Shown one piece after another: positions 1 through 7,740 of a stretch of 44,713 nucleotides of DNA (position 1 is its first letter; every line of letters begins with the position of its first letter). The position numbers were made by a program, and so were the translations under genes. The notes under the pieces were generated by a model. It ran no database searches. It saw nothing but the letters and a program-made list of their open reading frames with translations, and was not told where the DNA came from. Source of the DNA: Octopus bimaculoides (Eukaryota); contig NC_068987.1 in NCBI RefSeq assembly GCF_001194135.2, positions 107,428,754 through 107,473,466 on the forward strand, given 5' to 3'.

Positions 1-122
1 TGAAGAAAACATTTTGTGTCTCACTGTGCGAGAATTGTTGTTTTTGTGGGCGTATCTCGCCTCCGAAAAACTTGTGAAAATGTTGCTGCTGGGCCCTGGA
101 TTACCGTTATTGGAATACCTTT

Positions 123-901
123 ACTGAATTTCACGCACGTCTTCCTGTGGTTGTGCTTAATGTCTCACTTAGCGGTGAGAAGAGTGTTTTGGACGTATCA
201 CTCCTCCCAAAATTGTGAACTTAGTTTGTAACAGTTTGTTGTTTACAAGCCATGATTTGAAAACTGCAAATAAATATTGTGAACTTTGTTTAAAAAAGAA
301 AAAGAATTTGTTGTTTTCAAACCACGTTTTGAAAGCTAATAGATTTGAAGAAAAGTCTTCCTCTTGCTTTGAACTACACCACGTGGAACCACGCAAAGGA
401 TTTAATTTTTACCAGCAAAGTGACGACTGCAGCGGAGCCGGGATCAAATCGGGCCGGAGTAACGGTCTGGCCTGAAAATTTGTTAATGAAATAAAGTAGC
501 ATTGCTTACCGAAAGGACATGTTTATTGTCGCTCCGGATTCACGTCGCTGAATGCCAGCGTCGTGAATTTTTGACGTACAACTACAGGTAAGACTTTTGT
601 GTTGTTGGGATTTAGGGGGCGGGGGGTTGTTGCTCTTGTTTATTTTTATGTCGAACAAGAATTCTCCACTGGATTCCACGCATTTGTTTGCCTGTGGTTG
701 TGCTTAAAGTCTCACTTAGCAGTGAGAAGAGTATTTTGGAGGTATCGCTCCTCCAAAAATTGTGAACTCGATTTGTAAAAGTTTGTCTTCAAATCATGAT
801 TTGTGAACCTTGTTTAAAAAAGAAAAGGAATTTATTGTTTTCAAACCAAGTTTTGAAAGCTAGTAGATTTAAAGAAAAGTCTTCCTTTTGCTTTGAACTA
901 C
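123..901 (+). repeat. Diverged direct repeat, copies ~123-377 and ~668-901 (second runs into gap), plus a shorter third partial copy at ~16-80
   Basis: cctgtggttgtgcttaa.gtctcacttagc.gtgagaagagt.ttttgga.gtatc...ctttgaactac occurs at 144-377 and 691-901 (offset ~547 bp, one internal indel). tgtctcact...gcgtatc...cctcc.aaaa.ttgtgaa also at 16-80. Confidence 0.85.
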
Positions 902-1249
902 NNNNNNNNNNNNNNNNNNNNNNNNNNNNNNNNNNNNNNNNNNNNNNNNNNNNNNNNNNNNNNNNNNNNNNNNNNNNNNNNNNNNNNNNNNNNNNNNNNN
1001 NNNNNNNNNNNNNNNNNNNNNNNNNNNNNNNNNNNNNNNNNNNNNNNNNNNNNNNNNNNNNNNNNNNNNNNNNNNNNNNNNNNNNNNNNNNNNNNNNNNN
1101 NNNNNNNNNNNNNNNNNNNNNNNNNNNNNNNNNNNNNNNNNNNNNNNNNNNNNNNNNNNNNNNNNNNNNNNNNNNNNNNNNNNNNNNNNNNNNNNNNNNN
1201 NNNNNNNNNNNNNNNNNNNNNNNNNNNNNNNNNNNNNNNNNNNNNNNNN

Positions 1250-2296
1250 AAAAATAAGACCACTGCTGTGGAGTGGGAGATTATCCCACCCAAGAAGTGG
1301 TTAAATGATTTCAGGGAAAGAACGGTGGTGTTGCGGACCTACGCTAGGTTACTCGACACCATTACGGTCTTTCCCAAAGTGGAAATTGAAAAGGAGTTAG
1401 CAGAATATCTGCCAACTATTAAGTTTATGGCAAGGGGTGTAAAATACGCGACGGTTTGGTTGCTATTTGACACCCCTGAGGTGGCTCGCAAGTTTGCGAG
1501 CCAGCCCTTAGAAAGGGAAAAAATTCTGATTCTTCCCCCATACTGTGGGAAGAAATTAACTAGGACTTGGATCTGTGGGCTGCCACCCGGTATAGATCCT
1601 GATTGGATAGAGGATACTATCCGATGGGGGCTGGGGGGCAGTGGAACCAAGCTCTTAAATGTGAAACTGTTACCTACAGCTGATTGGGTTGGGACAAAAG
1701 CGGTTTTGACCCTGTGGACCCAATCAGCCAGGGATCTGGTATTTCCGGTTTTTTTGAGGATGGCCGGCCAGAAATATCCGGTAATTCTTGAGGGACGTAA
1801 ACCCAAGTGCCACCGGTGTCTGAAGCCCGGTCATATCAAGAAAGACTGTCCCCAGGACCAGAGTAGGGTCCTGGAACAGTTAACAAATGTTGTTACACCC
1901 CGCTCCCCCAATGGAGGGAGAGACGGAGGAAGTCGAGGATGTGGAAACCTCCAGGAAAAAAAGGAAGGTGGGCAAGAATGGTTGCCCACCGAAAATCGTG
2001 GGGGAGGAGGAGGACCTTCCAGCAAAGGCGGAAGTACGCCCTACTCCAGTGGCCCCAAAGAAAAAGAAAAAAAAGAACGAGGCACGGCCGGTACTCGATA
2101 GTGCACCGTCGGCGTGTCCCGACACTCCGTTGGTGGGAATTGTACCACCAACGGAGGAATTGTGCCGCCGACAGTAGAAGCTGTGGGCTCACCCTGTGAG
2201 GAAATGGATCGGCTAATCCTATTCCGAAAGGGAGGGGGCCCTGCAGAAATTTGTGAATAAAAGGAAGCGTCAGAGAGAGGGAGTCCTCACCTGTAC
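1250..2296 (+). pseudogene. ORF1 (gag-like nucleic-acid-binding protein) of an L1/Tx1-clade non-LTR retrotransposon; 5' end hidden in gap, probably frameshifted near 1885
   Basis: Open frame after the gap (KNKTTAVEWEII...) contains an RRM-like segment (TRTWICGLPPGIDPDWIEDTI) and VILEGRKPK-CHRCLKPGHIKKDC, a CX2CX4HX4C knuckle at 1808-1849. An acidic/basic low-complexity tail (EEVEDVETSRKKRK...PKKKKKK) continues in another frame from ~1887. Confidence 0.85.
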
Positions 2297-2805
2297 NNNN
2301 NNNNNNNNNNNNNNNNNNNNNNNNNNNNNNNNNNNNNNNNNNNNNNNNNNNNNNNNNNNNNNNNNNNNNNNNNNNNNNNNNNNNNNNNNNNNNNNNNNNN
2401 NNNNNNNNNNNNNNNNNNNNNNNNNNNNNNNNNNNNNNNNNNNNNNNNNNNNNNNNNNNNNNNNNNNNNNNNNNNNNNNNNNNNNNNNNNNNNNNNNNNN
2501 NNNNNNNNNNNNNNNNNNNNNNNNNNNNNNNNNNNNNNNNNNNNNNNNNNNNNNNNNNNNNNNNNNNNNNNNNNNNNNNNNNNNNNNNNNNNNNNNNNNN
2601 NNNNNNNNNNNNNNNNNNNNNNNNNNNNNNNNNNNNNNNNNNNNNNNNNNNNNNNNNNNNNNNNNNNNNNNNNNNNNNNNNNNNNNNNNNNNNNNNNNNN
2701 NNNNNNNNNNNNNNNNNNNNNNNNNNNNNNNNNNNNNNNNNNNNNNNNTCCAGCCCGTAGCTACTCTCTGTGTACTGCCTTTATGGCAAATTGAAATGAA
2801 ATAAA
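1250..2805 (+). mobile_element. L1/Tx1-like non-LTR element: ORF1, gap, 3' end ...ggcaaattgaaatgaaataaa
   Basis: ORF1 as above. 2749-2805 matches the reverse complement of 44393-44449 at 56/57 nt and ends in an A-rich aaatgaaataaa terminus. Linkage of ORF1 to this 3' end crosses an N-gap (2297-2748) and is inferred. Confidence 0.6.
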
Positions 2806-2846
2806 GTAGCTGGCCTACCAACCACAGGGTTCCGGGTTCAGTTCCA
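2806..2846 (+). mobile_element. Headless remnant of tRNA-derived SINE family 1, starting exactly after ...gtggtaa of the intact head
   Basis: gtagctggcctaccaaccacagggttccgggttcagttcca matches intact copy 4559-4836 (rc: tgtgtggtaa-gtagcttgcttaccaaccacatggttccaggttcagtccca); includes B-box-like ggttcag. Confidence 0.8.
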
Positions 2847-2964
2847 TATAGTCTTTGGACTAAATTTTTACACGCTAGGCCACTGGTAGTAGAAATTTCT
2901 AATATTTCTATTACCCTTCGATATTATATATAATTATATATATATTTATGTAAATCTCTTTTTG

Positions 2965-3113
2965 GGAATTGGATCTCGGAATATATTTAAAGCTGTAATT
3001 AATGTTATGTCAACATCACGTTGAAATATTCTTTTGGATAAGAAGATTCGCGCAGCTGTCGACTTGTTCAACCCAGTGTTTACAGCTTTATATGTACATC
3101 GAGATCCAATTCC
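2965..3113. repeat. 34-bp imperfect inverted repeat with 81-bp spacer (MITE-like or hairpin)
   Basis: Left arm 2965-2998 ggaattggatctcggaatatatttaaagctgtaa; rc of right arm 3080-3113 ggaattggatctcgatgtacatataaagctgtaa; 29/34 identical. Confidence 0.85.
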
Positions 3114-3728
3114 TAGAAATAATTATTTCATGTTCTTTTGAAGATTAATTAATTCATTTGACGTAGTTGCGTGCGCCTTTGTGTATGTACCACGAATCGC
3201 TTGACTGCCGGTGTTGGTTGGTTTACATCTCAGTTTCCTAGCAATTCGGCAAAAGCGTAAGATAGAATATCTACCATGTGCAAGAAGGTGACCCACCATG
3301 GTTTTAATCCAATGGCTGAAAACCAAATGTAAAGTGCAATAGTTTCGTCTACATATAAATAAACATTGCATGTATTATACGGGACTATGTACAAAGGACC
3401 CCACAAAGAATAGGCATTCAATTTATCGAAACCGAGAATTAATGCAAACTATATTCACCAAATATAAAATGAATAATTTCCAGATATATAACCTTATGTA
3501 CAATTATTCATTTTAGACAATTATTAATTTGCTTAAATATCTTTACAGACAGTAAGATTTAACTAAGTCGTATGATGACGATGAGATATGAACTGACTAT
3601 TAAATATAATTATTTTAAGTATACACTTTGTGCAAGAGGTTAGTGACCATGAATTCATAATCTTATTAATAATAATAACACATCTCATCTTATAATTTTT
3701 AACAATTTCATCAACCATCGACAATGAT

Positions 3729-3868
3729 GGAGGAGTGGCTGTGTGGTAAGAAGCTTGCTTCCCAACCACATGGAACTGGGTTGAGGGCAGGTGTCTACTA
3801 CTATTGTCTCGGGCCGACCAAAGCCTTGTGAGTAGATGTGGTGGACGGAAATTGAAAGAAGCCCGTCG

Positions 3869-3916
<48 letters not shown>

Positions 3917-4265
3917 GTATGTATATGTGTGTGTGTGTGTGTGTGTATGCGTGTGTGTGTATGCGTGTGTGTGTGTGTATGCGTGTGTGTGTATGCGTGT
4001 GTGTGTGTGTGTGTATGCGTGTGTGTGTGTATGTGCGTGTGTGTGTGTGTGTGCGCGTTTGTGTGTGTGAGTGTATGTGCGTTTTTGTGCGTCTGTGTTT
4101 GTTCCCCACCCTATCATCGCTTGACAGCCGATGTTGTTACAAAAGTGACTGATAAAATAAGTACTAGGCTTACAAAGATTACGTTCTGGGGTCGAATTGT
4201 TCGACTAAAAGCGGTGCTCCAGCATGGCTGCAGTCAAATGACTGAAACCAGTAAAAGAATAAAGA
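3729..4265 (+). mobile_element. tRNA-derived SINE family 1, bipartite copy with internal (TA)n/(TG)n tract
   Basis: Head ggaggagtggctgtgtggtaagaagcttgcttcccaaccacatgg; body ccaaagccttgtgag...gaaagaagcccgtcgtata; microsatellite ~3868-4075; second module ...aataagtactaggcttac...gcagtcaaatgactgaaaccagtaaaagaat. Same modules recur at 4559-4836, 27804-28240, 32205-32818, 44028-44392. Confidence 0.9.
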
Positions 4266-4339
4266 AATCTATCGATATAGACAACAATCATAAAATAAGA
4301 CTATCGATGGTGATCGTGTATGAAATTGATTTAAAAGAA

Positions 4340-4505
4340 GATTGCTGTGTGGTAAGAAGTTTGACTCCCAGCCACATAGTTCCGAGTTCAGTCCATTGCA
4401 GGATACTTTGGTCAAGTGTCTTCTACTTTGGACTCGGACTCATCAAAGCCCTGTGAGTGGATTTGAAAGGCAGAAACTGTAAAAAGACTGTCATATATAT
4501 ATATG
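4340..4505 (+). mobile_element. SINE family 1, diverged 5' module
   Basis: gctgtgtggtaagaagtttgactcccagccacatagttccgagttcagtcc...caagtgtcttctac...gtgagtggattt...atatat. Confidence 0.85.
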
Positions 4506-4558
4506 ACGAGAGTAACTGGCCGAAACTGAAACAACGAACTCATACTCGACTGAAAATT

Positions 4559-4836
4559 GCTGAACCGCTAGTAACGGGGATGTAAACAAACCAGCATCGG
4601 TTGTCAAACGATGGTGGGGGGAGAAAAGCAAACATACATACACAAACACATACATACATATAAATTTAAAACGACGGGCTTTTTTCCAGTTTCTGTCTAC
4701 CAAATCCACTCACAAGGCTTTGGCCGGCCCGCGGCTATAGTAGAGGACACTTACCCAATGTGCCATACAGTGGGACTGAACCTGGAACCATGTGGTTGGT
4801 AAGCAAGCTACTTACCACACAGCCATACCTGCGCCT
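4559..4836 (-). mobile_element. SINE family 1, intact head (uninterrupted version of the putative LINE target site at 4805-4824)
   Basis: rc reads aggcgcaggtatggctgtgtggtaagtagcttgcttaccaaccacatggttccaggttcagtcccactg..., with A-box-like and B-box-like segments, short internal microsatellite and part of module 2. Confidence 0.9.
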
Positions 4837-4965
4837 GTGTAAGTAAATTCAAAAAATAAGAAGACGAAGAATAAAAATGAACATAAAGTAGAAGTTATAA
4901 AACTTGTTCCAGATTTTGAACTTGGAGCAACCATAATACTTTGGGATTGGTTTAGAAGGTGGTAT

Positions 4966-5195
4966 GGACTCGCGTGGCTTAGTGGTTAGGGTGTCAGCAT
5001 CATGATCGCAAGATTGGGGTTTCGATTCCTGGACCGGGCGACGCGTTGTGTTCTTAAGCAAAACACTTCATTTCACGTTGCTCCAGTCCACTCAGCTGGC
5101 AAAAATGAGTCACGCTGGGGAACACATCCATCCATCTTGGGAACACATACGCCATTGAAACCGAGAAACCGGGTCCAGGAGAATGGCTAGGCTTT
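4966..5195 (+). mobile_element. tRNA-derived SINE family 2
   Basis: A-box-like gtggcttagtggttagg, B-box-like gtttcgattcc, body gttgtgttcttaagcaaaacacttcatttcacgttgctccagtccactcagctggcaaaaatgag shared with 43389-43681. Confidence 0.8.
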
Positions 5196-5200
5196 AAAAA

Positions 5201-5348
5201 GGCGCAGTGGACGTGCAATGGCCCAGTGGTTAGGTCAGCGGACTCGCGGTCGGAGGATCGCAGTTTCGATTCCCAGACCGGGCGTTGAGTGTGTTTATTG
5301 AGCGAAAACAACTAAGCCACAAGGCTCCAGCAGGGGGTTGTGGCGACC
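5201..5348 (+). mobile_element. tRNA-derived SINE family 3, 5' part running into gap
   Basis: gcaatggcccagtggttag...gtttcgattcccagaccgggcgttg...tgtttattgagcgaaaaca matches the rc of full copy 15787-16173. Confidence 0.9.
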
Positions 5349-6368
5349 NNNNNNNNNNNNNNNNNNNNNNNNNNNNNNNNNNNNNNNNNNNNNNNNNNNN
5401 NNNNNNNNNNNNNNNNNNNNNNNNNNNNNNNNNNNNNNNNNNNNNNNNNNNNNNNNNNNNNNNNNNNNNNNNNNNNNNNNNNNNNNNNNNNNNNNNNNNN
5501 NNNNNNNNNNNNNNNNNNNNNNNNNNNNNNNNNNNNNNNNNNNNNNNNNNNNNNNNNNNNNNNNNNNNNNNNNNNNNNNNNNNNNNNNNNNNNNNNNNNN
5601 NNNNNNNNNNNNNNNNNNNNNNNNNNNNNNNNNNNNNNNNNNNNNNNNNNNNNNNNNNNNNNNNNNNNNNNNNNNNNNNNNNNNNNNNNNNNNNNNNNNN
5701 NNNNNNNNNNNNNNNNNNNNNNNNNNNNNNNNNNNNNNNNNNNNNNNNNNNNNNNNNNNNNNNNNNNNNNNNNNNNNNNNNNNNNNNNNNNNNNNNNNNN
5801 NNNNNNNNNNNNNNNNNNNNNNNNNNNNNNNNNNNNNNNNNNNNNNNNNNNNNNNNNNNNNNNNNNNNNNNNNNNNNNNNNNNNNNNNNNNNNNNNNNNN
5901 NNNNNNNNNNNNNNNNNNNNNNNNNNNNNNNNNNNNNNNNNNNNNNNNNNNNNNNNNNNNNNNNNNNNNNNNNNNNNNNNNNNNNNNNNNNNNNNNNNNN
6001 NNNNNNNNNNNNNNNNNNNNNNNNNNNNNGTCGGCACTTAATGTATATCGGCTGAATGGACGTCAGTGATTGGTTGAAATTACAGAAATACGACAACTTT
6101 AACATGGAATAACTTATGGATTTATTTTTTTTAAAGAAGACTAAGAGAAAAAGATGTTTTATATGACACATTCTACCAGTGTTCCAAGTTTCAAAGTGTT
6201 TCGTTAATGAAAAATGTGGCCCCCGTTTTTAAAAAGATCCCTTTCAACTCATTTTCATTTTGCCAAACCGTCAACGTACAAAGAACAGCACCGGTTGTGA
6301 AACGGTGAGAATGGGACAAACAAAAAAAAACCTGGCCAACACGAGCTTTCAGACACGCAAGCATATAT

Positions 6369-6519
6369 GACAGGCTTCCATGCTGTTCTCCTCGACCAAA
6401 CTCACTCACAAGGCATTGATAGTACTGGGTGTACAGTAGACAATAATATATTGCCCAAGTTGCCGCCAATCGAACTGACTGGAAACCGTGTTTGGGAGCC
6501 ACGCTTCTAAATCACACAA
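6369..6519 (-). mobile_element. Highly diverged SINE family 1 fragment
   Basis: gacaggcttcc...cactcacaaggcattg...cagtaga...ttgcccaag...gggagccacgcttctaaatcacaca is collinear with other minus-strand copies. Confidence 0.55.
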
Positions 6520-6769
6520 CGATGTTTTAAATTAACATTTTACAAAATGTTTACTGAATCTGTGAAAACAGGGTCGTTAAAGATTTAATATCGGATTCCT
6601 CTAGAGATTGTAATATTAAGGGATTTAGCTTCTAATTCTAGCAGGTCGAGTAGACGCCGTTCTTATTTACAGGAAAGTGATTGGACAACGCGAACCTTAA
6701 GTGCCGTAGTGACGAACAAAACCTAAGCACTTAACTAACTGATGGGTACCCGGGACAACGTATGAACTG

Positions 6770-7581
6770 ACAGTAGAAAGAAAGAGAGAAAGCGAGAGAA
6801 GGGGAGGGGGAGAGTAGGAGAGAGCTGGGGTGAGAGAGGAAGAGCTTGAGAGAAAGAAAGAGACAGATAGTCACACATGTATCTACGAGTGTGTGTATAT
6901 ATATATATATATATGAATATATATATATATACACATACACTCGTATATATATATATATATATATANNNNNNNNNNNNNNNNNNNNNNNNNNNNNNNNNNN
7001 NNNNNNNNNNNNNNNNNNNNNNNNNNNNNNNNNNNNNNNNNNNNNNNNNNNNNNNNNNNNNNNNNNNNNNNNNNNNNNNNNNNNNNNNNNNNNNNNNNNN
7101 NNNNNNNNNNNNNNNNNNNNNNNNNNNNNNNNNNNNNNNNNNNNNNNNNNNNNNNNNNNNNNNNNNNNNNNNNNNNNNNNNNNNNNNNNNNNNNNNNNNN
7201 NNNNNNNNNNNNNNNNNNNNNNNNNNNNNNNNNNNNNNNNNNNNNNNNNNNNNNNNNNNNNNNNNNNNNNNNNNNNNNNNNNNNNNNNNNNNNNNNNNNN
7301 NNNNNNNNNNNNNNNNNNNNNNNNNNNNNNNNNNNNNNNNNNNNNNNNNNNNNNNNNNNNNNNNNNNNNNNNNNNNNNNNNNNNNNNNNNNNNNNNNNNN
7401 NNNNNNNNNNNNNNNNNNNNNNNNNNNNNNNNNNNNNNNNNNNNNNNNNNNNNNNNNNNNNNNNNNNNNNNNNNNNNNNNNNNNNNNNNNNNNNNNNNNN
7501 NNNNNNNNNNNNNNNNNNNNNNNNNNNNNTATATATATACACACACATACAGGCACACGCATACACAAGCGCACACACGTG

Positions 7582-7640
<59 letters not shown>

Positions 7641-7740
7641 GTTTGTGAATGCATCTGTGATTGCGTATGCGTGCGTGTGTGAACTTAGAGAAAGAAAGAG
7701 AGACAGTGAGAGGTGGAGAGAGAGAAATAGAGAGAGTCAG
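6770..7740. repeat. GA-rich, (TA)n and (CA)n microsatellite cluster around an assembly gap
   Basis: Direct reading: (TA)n 6895-6965, (CA)n ~7585-7631, GA-rich flanks. Confidence 0.9.

Noticed and set aside
4966-5348. tRNA-like sequences with A and B boxes (also 15787-16173, 43389-43460)
   Set aside because: They continue into SINE bodies and lack a full cloverleaf with acceptor stem; SINE heads, not tRNA genes.
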